Source: Auanema rhodensis
Taxonomy: Eukaryota; Animalia; Nematoda
Assembly (NCBI GenBank): GCA_964057225.1
Contig: OZ059898.1
Span: 3,782,001-3,846,000 of the forward strand
DNA length: 64,000 nt
Direction: 5' to 3'
Positions 15,001 to 30,000 of the stretch are shown here, piece after piece. Each line of letters begins with the position of its first letter. Within the stretch, counting starts at the first letter, position 1. Made by a program: the position numbers and the translations under genes. Under the pieces are notes generated by a model, which saw nothing but the letters and a program-made list of their open reading frames with translations, had not been told where the DNA came from and searched no databases.

Positions 15001-18000
15001 AATGTAGTATAGTGCATTCGATGCGGATTTTCAAGCTGCGTCGATCTGTGTTATCTGATTTGCGCTAGCTTGAAAATGCACCGAGATATCAAATGATATA
15101 GGTTCACACTTATATCCTCGATTTTCACCCTGAAGAATTAATTTTTTCGTTGAATAACAATGTCCATCGTCTTTGTCTTGAAAAAAGGAATCTAAAAACA
15201 TCTACTTTATGTGAAATTATTTGGAAATTTTTCGAGAAAATTTTTGTCAAAATGTTTTTGGAAGCAATTTTGAGTGTACATGGAAACTCTTTTTCAACTC
15301 AACATACAGTAATGCATCATTTTTCAAACGATCATAACTAATTTTTGTATTGAGCTTTTCTCAATGTAGTATAGTGCATTCGATGCGGATTTTTAAGCTG
15401 CGTCGATCTGTGTTATCAGATTTGCGCTAGCTTGAAAATGCACCGAGATATCAAATGATATAGGTTCACACGTATATCCTCGATTTTCACTCTGAAGAAT
15501 TAATTTTTTCGTTGAATAACAATGTCCATCGTCTTTGTCTTGAAAAAAGGAATCTAAAAACATCTACTTTTCATAAAATTATTTGGAAATTTTTCGGGAA
15601 AATTTTTGTCAAAATGTTTTTGGAACCAATTTTGAGTGTACATGGAAACTCTTTTTCAACTCAACATACAGTAATGCATCATTTTTCAAACGATCATAAC
15701 TAATTTTTGTATTGAGCTTTTCTTAATGTAGTATAGTGCATTCAATGCGGATTTTTAAGCTGCGTCGATCTGTGTTATCAGATTTGCGCTAGCTTGAAAA
15801 TGCACCGAGATATCAAATGATATAGGTTCACACTTATATCCTCGATTTTCACCCTGAAGAATTAATTTTTTCGTTGAATAACAATGTCCATCGTCTTTGT
15901 CTTGAAAAAAGGAATCTAAAAATATCTACTTTTCATAAAATTATTTGGAAATTTTTCGGGAAAATTTTTGTCAAAATGTTTTTGGAAGCAATTTTGAGTG
16001 TACATGGAAACTCTTTTTCAACTCAACATACAGTAATGCATCATTTTTCAAACGATCATAACTAATTTTTGTATTGAGCTTTTCTTAATGTAGTATAGTG
16101 CATTCAATGCGGATTTTTAAGCTGCGTCGATCTGTGTTATCAGATTTGCGCTAGCTTGAAAATGCACCGAGATATCACATGATATAGGTTCACACTTATA
16201 TCCTCGATTTTCACCCTGAAGAATTAATTTTTTCGTTGAATAACACTGTCCATCGTCTTTGTCTTCAAAAAAGGAATCTAAAAACATCTACTTTTTATAA
16301 AATTATTTGGAAATTTTTCGAGAAAATTTTTGTCAAAATGTTTTTGGAAGCAATTTTGAGTGTACATGGAAACTCTTTTTCAACTCAACATACAGTAATG
16401 CATCATTTTTCAAACGATCATAACTAATTTTTGTATTGAGCTTTTCTCAATGTAGTATAGTGCATTCGATGCGGATTTTCAAGCTGCGTCGATCTGTGTT
16501 ATCTGATTTGCGCTAGCTTGAAAATGCACCGAGATATCAAATGATATAGGTTCACACTTATATCCTCGATTTTCACCCTGAAGAATTAATTTTTTCGTTG
16601 AATAACAATGTCCATCGTCTTTGTCTTAAAAAAAGGAATCTAAAAACATCTACTTTTCATAAAATTATTTGGAAATTTTTCGAGAAAATTTTTGTCAAAA
16701 TGTTTTTGGAAGCAATTTTGAGTGTACATGGAAACTCAACATACACAAATGCATCATTTTTCAAACGATCATAACTAATTTTTGAATTGAGCTTTTCTTA
16801 ATGTAGTATAGTGCATTCGATGCGGATTTTTAAGCTGCGTCGATCTGTGTTATCTGATTTGCGCTAGCTTGAAAATGCACCGAGATATCAAATGATATAG
16901 GTTCACACTTATATCCTCGATTTTCACCCTGAAGAATTAATTTTTTCGTTGAATAACAATGTCCATCGTCTTTGTCTTGAAAAAAGGAATCTAAAAACAT
17001 CTACTTTTCATAAAATTATTTGGAAATTTTTCGAGAAAATTTTTGTCAAAATGTTTTTGGAACCAATTTTGAGTGTACATGGAAATTCAACATACACAAA
17101 TGCATCATTTTTCAAACGATCATAACTAATTTTTGAATTGAGCTTTTCTTAATGTAGTATAGTGCATTCGATGCGGATTTTTAAGCTGCGTCGATCTGTG
17201 TTATCTGATTTGCGCTAGCTTGAAAATGCACCGAGATATCAAATGATATAGGTTCACACTTATATCCTCGATTTTCACCCTGAAGAATTAATTTTTTCGT
17301 TGAATAACAATGTCCATCGTCTTTGTCTTGAAAAAAGGAATCTAAAAACATCTACTTTTCATAAAATTATTTGGAAATTTTTCGGGAAAATTTTTGTCAA
17401 AATGTTTTTGGAAGCAATTTTGAGTGTACATGGAAACTCAACATACAGTAATGCATCATTTTTCAAACGATCATAACTAATTTTTGAATTGAGCTTTTCT
17501 CAATGTAGTATAGTGCATTCGATGCGGATTTTCAAGCTGCGTCGATCTGTGTTATCTGATTTGCGCTAGCTTGAAAATGCACCGAGATATCAAATGATAT
17601 AGGTTCACACTTATATCCTCGATTTTCACCCTGAAGAATTAATTTTTTCGTTGAATAACAATGTCCATCGTCTTTGTCTTGGAAAAAGGAATCTAAAAAC
17701 ATCTACTTTTTATAAAATTATTTGGAAATTTTTCGAGAAAATTTTTGTCAAAATGTTTTTGGAAGCAATTTTGAGTGTACATGGAAACTCTTTTTCAACT
17801 CAACATACAGTAATGCATCATTTTTCAAACGATCATAACTAATTTTTGTATTGAGCTTTTCTCAATGTAGTATAGTGCATTCGATGCGGATTTTCAAGCT
17901 GCGTCGATCTGTGTTATCTGATTTGCGCTAGCTTGAAAATGCACCGAGATATCAAATGATATAGGTTCACACTTATATCCTCGATTTTCACCCTGAAGAA

Positions 18001-21000
18001 TTAATTTTTTCGTTGAATAACAATGTCCATCGTCTTTGTCTTGAAAAAAGGAATCTAAAAACATCTACTTTTCATAAAATTATTTGGAAATTTTTCGAGA
18101 AAATTTTTGTCAAAATGTTTTTGGAAGCAATTTTGAGTGTACATGGAAACTCAACATACACAAATGCATCATTTTTCAAACGATCATAACTAATTTTTGA
18201 ATTGAGCTTTTCTTAATGTAGTATAGTGCATTCGATGCGGATTTTTAAGCTGCGTCGATCTGTGTTATCTGATTTGCGCTAGCTTGAAAATGCACCGAGA
18301 TATCAAATGATATAGGTTCACACTTATATCCTCGATTTTCACCCTGAAGAATTAATTTTTTCGTTGAATAACAATGTCCATCGTCTTTGTCTTGAAAAAA
18401 GGAATCTAAAAACATCTACTTTTCATAAAATTATTTGGAAATTTTTCGAGAAAATTTTTGTCAAAATGTTTTTGGAACCAATTTTGAGTGTACATGGAAA
18501 TTCAACATACACAAATGCATCATTTTTCAAACGATCATAACTAATTTTTGAATTGAGCTTTTCTTAATGTAGTATAGTGCATTCGATGCGGATTTTTAAG
18601 CTGCGTCGATCTGTGTTATCTGATTTGCGCTAGCTTGAAAATGCACCGAGATATCAAATGATATAGGTTCACACTTATATCCTCGATTTTCACCCTGAAG
18701 AATTAATTTTTTCGTTGAATAACAATGTCCATCGTCTTTGTCTTGAAAAAAGGAATCTAAAAACATCTACTTTTCATAAAATTATTTGGAAATTTTTCGG
18801 GAAAATTTTTGTCAAAATGTTTTTGGAAGCAATTTTGAGTGTACATGGAAACTCAACATACAGTAATGCATCATTTTTCAAACGATCATAACTAATTTTT
18901 GAATTGAGCTTTTCTCAATGTAGTATAGTGCATTCGATGCGGATTTTCAAGCTGCGTCGATCTGTGTTATCTGATTTGCGCTAGCTTGAAAATGCACCGA
19001 GATATCAAATGATATAGGTTCACACTTATATCCTCGATTTTCACCCTGAAGAATTAATTTTTTCGTTGAATAACAATGTCCATCGTCTTTGTCTTGAAAA
19101 AAGGAATCTAAAAATATCTACTTTTTGTGAAATTATCTGGAAATTTTTCGGGAAAATTTTTGTCAAAATGTTTTTGGAAGCAATTTTGAGTGTACATGGA
19201 AACTCAACATACAGTAATGCATCATTTTTCAAACGATCATAACTAATTTTTGAATTGAGCTTTTCTCAATGTAGTATAGTGCATTCGATGCGGATTTTCA
19301 AGCTGCGTCGATCTGTGTTATCTGATTTGCGCTAGCTTGAAAATGCACCGAGATATCAAATGATATAGGTTCACACTTATATCCTCGATTTTCACCCTGA
19401 AGAATTAATTTTTTCGTTGAATAACAATGTCCATCGTCTTTGTCTTGAAAAAAGGAATCTAAAAACATCTACTTTTCATAAAATTATCTGGAAATTTTTC
19501 GGGAAAATTTTTGTCAAAATGTTTTTGGAACCAATTTTGAGTGTACATGGAAATTCAACATACACAAATGCATCATTTTTCAAACGATCATAACTAATTT
19601 TTGTATTGAGCTTTTCTCAATGTAGTATAGTGCATTCGATGCGGATTTTCAAGCTGCGTCGATCTGTGTTATCTGATTTGCGCTAGCTTGAAAATGCACC
19701 GAGATATCAAATGATATAGGTTCACACTTATATCCTCGATTTTCACCCTGAAGAATTAATTTTTTCGTTGAATAACAATGTCCATCGTCTTTGTCTTGAA
19801 AAAAGGAATCTAAAAACATCTACTTTTCATAAAATTATTTGGAAATTTTTCGGGAAAATTTTTGTCAAAATGTTTTTGGAAGCAATTTTGAGTGTACATG
19901 GAAATTCAACATACAGTAATGCATTATTTTTCAAACGATCATAACTAATTTTTGAATTGAGCTTTTCTCAATGTAGTATAGTGCATTCGATGCGGATTTT
20001 TAAGCTGCGTCGATCTGTGTTATCAGATTTGGGCTAGCTTGAAAATGCACCGAGATATCAAATGATATAGGTTCACACTTATATCCTCGATTTTCACCCT
20101 GAAGAATTAATTTTTTCGTTGAATAACAATGTCCATCGTCTTTGTCTTGAAAAAAGGAATCTAAAAACATCTACTTTTCATAAAATTATTTGGAAATTTT
20201 TCGGGAAAATTTTTGTCAAAATGTTTTTGGAAGCAATTTTGAGTGTACATGGAAACTCAACATACAGTAATGCATCATTTTTCAAACGATCATAACTAAT
20301 TTTTGAATTGAGCTTTTCTCAATGTAGTATAGTGCATTCGATGCGGATTTTTAAGCTGCGTCGATCTGTGTTATCAGATTTGGGCTAGCTTGAAAATGCA
20401 CCGAGATATCAACTGATATAGGTTCACACTTATATCCTCGATTTTCACCCTGAAGAATTAATTTTTTCGTTGAATAACAATGTCCATCGTCTTTGTCTTG
20501 AAAAAAGGAATCTAAAAACATCTACTTTTTGTGAAATTATTTGGAAATTTTTCGGGAAAATTTTTGTCAAAATGTTTTTGGAAGCAATTTTGAGTGTACA
20601 TGGAAATTCAACATACAGTAATGCATCATTTTTCAAACGATCATAACTAATTTTTGAATTGAGCTTTTCTCAATGTAGTATAGTGCATTCGATGCGGATT
20701 TTTAAGCTGCGTCGATCTGTGTTATCAGATTTGGGCTAGCTTGAAAATGCACCGAGATATCAACTGATATAGGTTCACACGTATATCCTCGATTTTCACC
20801 CTGAAGAATTAATTTTTTCGTTGAATAACAATGTCCATCGTCTTTGTCTTGAAAAAAGGAATCTAAAAATATCTACTTTATGTGAAATTATTTGGAAATT
20901 TTTCGGGAAAATTTTTGTCAAAATGTTTTTGGAAACAATTTTGAGTGTACATGGAAATTCAACATACAGTAATGCATCATTTTTCAAACGATCATAACTA

Positions 21001-24000
21001 ATTTTTGTATTGAGCTTTTCTCAATGTAATATAGTGCATTCGATGCGGATTTTTAAGCTGCGTCGATCTGTGTTATCTGATTTGCGCTAGCTTGAAAATG
21101 CACCGAGATATCAAATGATATAGGTTCACACTTATATCCTCGATTTTCACCCTGAAGAATTAATTTTTTCGTTGAATAACAATGTCCATCGTCTTTGTCT
21201 TGAAAAAAGGAATCTAAAAACATCTACTTTATGTGAAATTATTTGGAAATTTTTCGGGAAAATTTTTGTCAAAATGTTTTTGGAAGCAATTTTGAGTGTA
21301 CATGGAAACTCTTTTTCAACTCAACATACAGTAATGCATCATTTTTCAAACGATCATAACTAATTTTTGTATTGAGCTTTTCTCAATGTAGTATAGTGCA
21401 TTCGATGCGGATTTTTAAGCTGCGTCGATCTGTGTTATCAGATTTGGGCTAGCTTGAAAATGCACCGAGATATCAACTGATATAGGTTCACACTTATATC
21501 CTCGATTTTCACCCTGAAGAATTAATTTTTTCGTTGAATAACAATGTCCATCGTCTTTGTCTTGAAAAAAGGAATCTAAAAACATCTACTTTTTGTGAAA
21601 TTATCTGGAAATTTTTCGGGAAAATTTTTGTCAAAATGTTTTTGGAAGCAATTTTGAGTGTACATGGAAACTCTTTTTCAACTCAACATACAGTAATGCA
21701 TCATTTTTCAAACGATCATAACTAATTTTTGTATTGAGCTTTTCTCAATGTAGTATAGTGCATTCGATGCGGATTTTTAAGCTGCGTCGATCTGTGTTAT
21801 CAGATTTGGGCTAGCTTGAAAATGCACCGAGATATCAACTGATATAGGTTCACACTTATATCCTCGATTTTCACCCTGAAGAATTAATTTTTTCGTTGAA
21901 TAACAATGTCCATCGTCTTTGTCTTGGAAAAAGGAATCTAAAAACATCTACTTTTTGCTAAATTATCTGGAAATTTTTCGGGAAAATTTTTGTCAAAATG
22001 TTTTTGGAACCAATTTTGAGTGTACATGGAAACTCTTTTTCAACTCAACATACACAAATGCATCATTTTTCAAACAATCATAACTAATTTTTGTATTGAG
22101 CTTTTCTCAATGTAGTATAGTGCATGCGATGCGGATTTTTAAGCTGCGTCGATCTGTGTTATCTGATTTGCGCTAGCTTGAAAATGCACCGAGATATCAA
22201 CTGATATAGGTTCACACGTATATCCTCGATTTTCACCCTGAAGAATTAATTTTTTCGTTGAATAACAATGTCCATCGTCTTTGTCTTGAAAAAAGGAATC
22301 TAAAAATATCTACTTTATGTGAAATTATTTGGAAATTTTTCGGGAAAATTTTTGTCAAAATGTTTTTGGAACCAATTTTGAGTGTACATGGAAACTCTTT
22401 TTCAACTCAACATACACAAATGCATCATTTTTCAAACGATCATAACTAATTTTTGTATCAAGCGTTTCTCAATGTAGTATAGTGCAATCGATGCGGATTT
22501 TTAAGCTGCGTCGATCTGTGTTATCAGATTTGCGCTAGCTTGAAAATGCACCGAGATATCAAATGATATAGGTTCACACTTATATCCTCGATTTTCACCC
22601 TGAAGAAATAATTTTTTCGTTGAATAACAATGTCCATCGTCTTTGTCTTGAAAAAAGGAATCTAAAAACATCTACTTTTTGTGAAATTATCTGGAAATTT
22701 TTCGGGAAAATTTTTGTCAAAATGTTTTTGGAAGCAATTTTGAGTGTACATGGAAACTCTTTTTCAACTCAACATACAGTAATGCATCATTTTTCAAACA
22801 ATCATAACTAATTTTTGTATTGAGCTTTTCTTAATGTAGTATAGTGCATGCGATGCGGATTTTTAAGCTGCGTCGATCTGTGTTATCAGATTTGGGCTAG
22901 CTTGAAAATGCACCGAGATATCAACTGATATAGGTTCACACGTATATCCTCGATTTTCACCCTGAAGAATTAATTTTTTCGTTGAATAACAATGTCCATC
23001 GTCTTTGTCTTGAAAAAAGGAATCTAAAAACATCTACTTTTTGTGAAATTATCTGGAAATTTTTCGGGAAAATTTTTGTCAAAATGTTTTTGGAAGCAAT
23101 TTTGAGTGTACATGGAAACTCTTTTTCAACTCAACATACACAAATGCATCATTTTTCAAACGATCATAACTAATTTTTGTATTGAGCTTTTCTCAATGTA
23201 GTATAGTGCATGCGATGCGGATTTTTAAGCTGCGTCGATCTGTGTTATCTGATTTGCGCTAGCTTGAAAATGCACCGAGATATCAACTGATATAGGTTCA
23301 CACGTATATCCTCGATTTTCACCCTGAAGAATTAATTTTTTCGTTGAATAACAATGTCCATCGTCTTTGTCTTGAAAAAAGGAATCTAAAAATATCTACT
23401 TTATGTGAAATTATTTGGAAATTTTTCGGGAAAATTTTTGTCAAAATGTTTTTGGAACCTATTTTGAGTGTACATGGAAATTCAACATACAGTAATGCAT
23501 CATTTTTCAAACGATCATAACTAATTTTTGTATTGAGCTTTTCTCAATGTAGTATAGTGCATTCGATGCGGATTTTCAAGCTGCGTCGATCTGTGTTATC
23601 CGATTTGCGCTAGCTTGAAAATGCACCGAGATATCAACTGATATAGGTTCACACGTATATCCTCGATTTTCACTCTGAAGAATTAATTTTTTCGTTGAAT
23701 AACAATGTCCATCGTCTTTGTCTTGAAAAAAGGAATCTAAAAACATCTACTTTTCATAAAATTATTTGGAAATTTTTCGGGAAAATTTTTGTCAAAATGT
23801 TTTTGGAACCAATTTTGAGTGTACATGGAAATTCAACATACAGTAATGCATCATTTTTCAAACGATCATAACTAATTTTTGTATTGAGCTTTTCTCAATG
23901 TAATATAGTGCATTCGATGCGGATTTTTAAGCTGCGTCGATCTGTGTTATCAGATTTGCGCTAGCTTGAAAATGCACCGAGATATCAAATGATATAGGTT

Positions 24001-27000
24001 CACACTTATATCCTCGATTTTCACCCTGAAGAATTAATTTTTTCGTTGAATAACAATGTCCATCGTCTTTGTCTTGAAAAAAGGAATCTAAAAATATCTA
24101 CTTTTCATAAAATTATTTGGAAATTTTTCGGGAAAATTTTTGTCAAAATGTTTTTGGAACCAATTTTGAGTGTACATGGAAATTCAACATACAGTAATGC
24201 ATCATTTTTCAAACGATCATAACTAATTTTTGTATTGAGCTTTTCTCAATGTAGTATAGTGCATTCGATGCGGATTTTTAAGCTGCGTCGATCTGTGTTA
24301 TCAGATTTGCGCTAGCTTGAAAATGCACCGAGATATCAAATGATATAGGTTCACACTTATATCCTCGATTTTCACCCTGAAGAATTAATTTTTTCGTTGA
24401 ATAACAATGTCCATCGTCTTTGTCTTGAAAAAAGGAATCTAAAAATATCTACTTTTCATAAAATTATTTGGAAATTTTTCGGGAAAATTTTTGTCAAAAT
24501 GTTTTTGGAACCAATTTTGAGTGTACATGGAAACTCTTTTTCAACTCAACATACAGTAATGCATCATTTTTCAAACGATCATAACTAATTTTTGTATTAA
24601 GCGTTTCTCAATGTAGTATAGTGCATTCGATGCGGATTTTTAAGCTGCGTCGATCTGTGTTATCAGATTTGCGCTAGCTTGAAAATGCACCGAGATATCA
24701 AATGATATAGGTTCACACTTATATCCTCGATTTTCACCCTGAAGAATTAATTTTTTCGTTGAATAACATTGTCCATCGTCTTTGCCTTGAAAAAAGGAAT
24801 CTAAAAATATCTACTTTATGTAAAATTATTTGGAAATTTTTCGGGAAAATTTTTGTCAAAATGTTTTTGGAACCAATTTTGAGTGTACATGGAAATTCAA
24901 CATACAGTAATGCATCATTTTTCAAACGATCATAACTAATTTTTGTATTGAGCTTTTCTCAATGTAGTATAGTGCATTCGATGCGGATTTTTAAGCTGCG
25001 TCGATCTGTGTTATCAGATTTGCGCTAGCTTGAAAATGCACCGAGATATCAAATGATATAGGTTCACACTTATATCCTCGATTTTCACCCTGAAGAAATA
25101 ATTTTTTCGTTGAATAACAATGTCCATCGTCTTTGTCTTGAAAAAAGGAATCTAAAAACATCTACTTTTTGTGAAATTATCTGGAAATTTTTCGGGAAAA
25201 TTTTTGTCAAAATGTTTTTGGAAGCAATTTTGAGTGTACATGGAAACTCTTTTTCAACTCAACATACACAAATGCATCATTTTTCAAACGATCATAACTA
25301 ATTTTTGTATTGAGCTTTTCTTAATGTAGTATAGTGCATGCGATGCGGATTTTTAAGCTGCGTCGATCTGTGTTATCTGATTTGCGCTAGCTTGAAAATG
25401 CACCGAGATATCAACTGATATAGGTTCACACGTATATCCTCGATTTTCACCCTGAAGAATTAATTTTTTCGTTGAATAACAATGTCCATCGTCTTTGTCT
25501 TGAAAAAAGGAATCTAAAAATATCTACTTTATGTGAAATTATTTGGAAATTTTTCGGGAAAATTTTTGTCAAAATGTTTTTGGAACCTATTTTGAGTGTA
25601 CATGGAAATTCAACATACAGTAATGCATCATTTTTCAAACGATCATAACTAATTTTTGTATTGAGCTTTTCTTAATGTAGTATAGTGCATTCGATGCGGA
25701 TTTTTAAGCTGCGTCGATCTGTGTTATCAGATTTGCGCTAGCTTGAAAATGCACCGAGATATCAAATGATATAGGTTCACACTTATATCCTCGATTTTCA
25801 CCCTGAAGAAATAATTTTTTCGTTGAATAACAATGTCCATCGTCTTTGTCTTGAAAAAAGGAATCTAAAAACATCTACTTTTTGTGAAATTATCTGGAAA
25901 TTTTTCGGGAAAATTTTTGTCAAAATGTTTTTGGAAGCAATTTTGAGTGTACATGGAAACTCTTTTTCAACTCAACATACAGTAATGCATCATTTTTCAA
26001 ACAATCATAACTAATTTTTGTATTGAGCTTTTCTTAATGTAGTATAGTGCATGCGATGCGGATTTTTAAGCTGCGTCGATCTGTGTTATCAGATTTGGGC
26101 TAGCTTGAAAATGCACCGAGATATCAACTGATATAGGTTCACACGTATATCCTCGATTTTCACCCTGAAGAATTAATTTTTTCGTTGAATAACAATGTCC
26201 ATCGTCTTTGTCTTGAAAAAAGGAATCTAAAAACATCTACTTTTTGTGAAATTATCTGGAAATTTTTCGGGAAAATTTTTGTCAAAATGTTTTTGGAAGC
26301 AATTTTGAGTGTACATGGAAACTCTTTTTCAACTCAACATACACAAATGCATCATTTTTCAAACGATCATAACTAATTTTTGTATTGAGCTTTTCTTAAT
26401 GTAGTATAGTGCATGCGATGCGGATTTTTAAGCTGCGTCGATCTGTGTTATCTGATTTGCGCTAGCTTGAAAATGCACCGAGATATCAACTGATATAGGT
26501 TCACACGTATATCCTCGATTTTCACCCTGAAGAATTAATTTTTTCGTTGAATAACAATGTCCATCGTCTTTGTCTTGAAAAAAGGAATCTAAAAATATCT
26601 ACTTTTCATAAAATTATTTGGAAATTTTTCGGGAAAATTTTTGTCAAAATGTTTTTGGAACCTATTTTGAGTGTACATGGAAATTCAACATACAGTAATG
26701 CATCATTTTTCAAACGATCATAACTAATTTTTGTATTGAGCTTTTCTCAATGTAATATAGTGCATTCGATGCGGATTTTTAAGCTGCGTCGATCTGTGTT
26801 ATCAGATTTGCGCTAGCTTGAAAATGCACCGAGATATCAAATGATATAGGTTCACACTTATATCCTCGATTTTCACCCTGAAGAATTAATTTTTTCGTTG
26901 AATAACAATGTCCATCGTCTTTGTCTTGAAAAAAGGAATCTAAAAATATCTACTTTTCATAAAATTATTTGGAAATTTTTCGGGAAAATTTTTGTCAAAA

Positions 27001-30000
27001 TGTTTTTGGAACCAATTTTGAGTGTACATGGAAATTCAACATACAGTAATGCATCATTTTTCAAACGATCATAACTAATTTTTGTATTGAGCTTTTCTCA
27101 ATGTAGTATAGTGCATTCGATGCGGATTTTTAAGCTGCGTCGATCTGTGTTATCAGATTTGCGCTAGCTTGAAAATGCACCGAGATATCAAATGATATAG
27201 GTTCACACTTATATCCTCGATTTTCACCCTGAAGAATTAATTTTTTCGTTGAATAACATTGTCCATCGTCTTTGCCTTGAAAAAAGGAATCTAAAAATAT
27301 CTACTTTATGTGAAATTATTTGGAAATTTTTTGGGAAAATTTTTGTCAAAATGTTTTTGGAACCAATTTTGAGTGTACATGGAAATTCAACATACAGTAA
27401 TGCATCATTTTTCAAACGATCATAACTAATTTTTGTATTGAGCTTTTCTCAATGTAATATAGTGCATTCGATGCGGATTTTTAAGCTGCGTCGATCTGTG
27501 TTATCTGATTTGCGCTAGCTTGAAAATGCACCGAGATATCAACTGATATAGGTTCACACGTATATCCTCGATTTTCACTCTGAAGAATTAATTTTTTCGT
27601 TGAATAACAATGTCCATCGTCTTTGTCTTGAAAAAAGGAATCTAAAAATATCTACTTTATGTGAAATTATTTGGAAATTTTTGGGGAAAATTTTTGTCAA
27701 AATGTTTTTGGAACCAATTTTGAGTGTACATGGAAATTCAACATACAGTAATGCATCATTTTTCAAACGATCATAACTAATTTTTGTATTGAGCTTTTCT
27801 CAATGTAATATAGTGCATTCGATGCGGATTTTTAAGCTGCGTCGATCTGTGTTATCAGATTTGCGCTAGCTTGAAAATGCACCGAGATATCAAATGATAT
27901 AGGTTCACACTTATATCCTCGATTTTCACCCTGAAGAATTAATTTTTTCGTTGAATAACATTGTCCATCGTCTTTGCCTTGAAAAAAGGAATCTAAAAAT
28001 ATCTACTTTATGTGAAATTATTTGGAAATTTTTTGGGAAAATTTTTGTCAAAATGTTTTTGGAACCAATTTTGAGTGTACATGGAAATTCAACATACAGT
28101 AATGCATCATTTTTCAAACGATCATAACTAATTTTTGTATTGAGCTTTTCTCAATGTAATATAGTGCATTCGATGCGGATTTTTAAGCTGCGTCGATCTG
28201 TGTTATCTGATTTGCGCTAGCTTGAAAATGCACCGAGATATCAACTGATATAGGTTCACACGTATATCCTCGATTTTCACTCTGAAGAATTAATTTTTTC
28301 GTTGAATAACAATGTCCATCGTCTTTGTCTTGAAAAAAGGAATCTAAAAATATCTACTTTATGTGAAATTATTTGGAAATTTTTGGGGAAAATTTTTGTC
28401 AAAATGTTTTTGGAACCAATTTTGAGTGTACATGGAAATTCAACATACAGTAATGCATCATTTTTCAAACGATCATAACTAATTTTTGTATTGAGCTTTT
28501 CTCAATGTAATATAGTGCATTCGATGCGGATTTTTAAGCTGCGTCGATCTGTGTTATCAGATTTGCGCTAGCTTAAAAATGCACCGAGATATCAAATGAT
28601 ATAGGTTCACACTTATATCCTCGATTTTCACCCTGAAGAATTAATTTTTTCGTTGAATAACATTGTCCATCGTCTTTGCCTTGAAAAAAGGAATCTAAAA
28701 ATATCTACTTTATGTGAAATTATTTGGAAATTTTTGGGGAAAATTTTTGTCAAAATGTTTTTGGAACCAATTTTGAGTGTACATGGAAATTCAACATACA
28801 GTAATGCATCATTTTTCAAACGATCATAACTAATTTTTGTATTGAGCTTTTCTTAATGTAGTATAGTGCATTCGATGCGGATTTTTAAGCTGCGTCGATC
28901 TGTGTTATCAGATTTGCGCTAGCTTGAAAATGCACCGAGATATCAAATGATATAGGTTCACACTTATATCCTCGATTTTCACCCTGAAGAATTAATTTTT
29001 TCGTTGAATAACAATGTCCATCGTCTTTGTCTTGAAAAAAGGAATCTAAAAATATCTACTTTATGTGAAATTATTTGGAAATTTTTGGGGAAAATTTTTG
29101 TCAAAATGTTTTTGGAACCAATTTTGAGTGTACATGGAAATTCAACATACAGTAATGCATCATTTTTCAAACGATCATAACTAATTTTTGTATTGAGCTT
29201 TTCTCAATGTAATATAGTGCATTCGATGCGGATTTTTAAGCTGCGTCGATCTGTGTTATCTGATTTGCGCTAGCTTGAAAATGCACCGAGATATCAAATG
29301 ATATAGGTTCACACGTATATCCTCGATTTTCACCCTGAAGAATTAATTTTTTCGTTGAATAACAATGTCCATCGTCTTTGTCTTGAAAAAAGGAATCTAA
29401 AAACATCTACTTTTTGTGAAATTATTTGGAAATTTTTCGGGAAAATTTTTGTCAAAATGTTTTTGGAAGCAATTTTGAGTGTACATGGAAATTCAACATA
29501 CAGTAATGCATCATTTTTCAAACGATCATAACTAATTTTTGTATTGAGCTTTTCTCAATGTAGTATAGTGCATTCGATGCGGATTTTTAAGCTGCGTCGA
29601 TCTGTGTTATCAGATTTGGGCTAGCTTGAAAATGCACCGAGATATCAACTGATATAGGTTCACACTTATATCCTCGATTTTCACCCTGAAGAATTAATTT
29701 TTTCGTTGAATAACAATGTCCATCGTCTTTGTCTTGAAAAAAGGAATCTAAAAACATCTACTTTTTGTGAAATTATCTGGAAATTTTTCGGGAAAATTTT
29801 TGTCAAAATGTTTTTGGAACCAATTTTGAGTGTACATGGAAATTCAACATACAGTAATGCATCATTTTTCAAACGATCATAACTAATTTTTGTATTGAGC
29901 TTTTCTCAATGTAGTATAGTGCATTCGATGCGGATTTTTAAGCTGCGTCGATCTGTGTTATCAGATTTGCGCTAGCTTGAAAATGCACCGAGATATCAAA

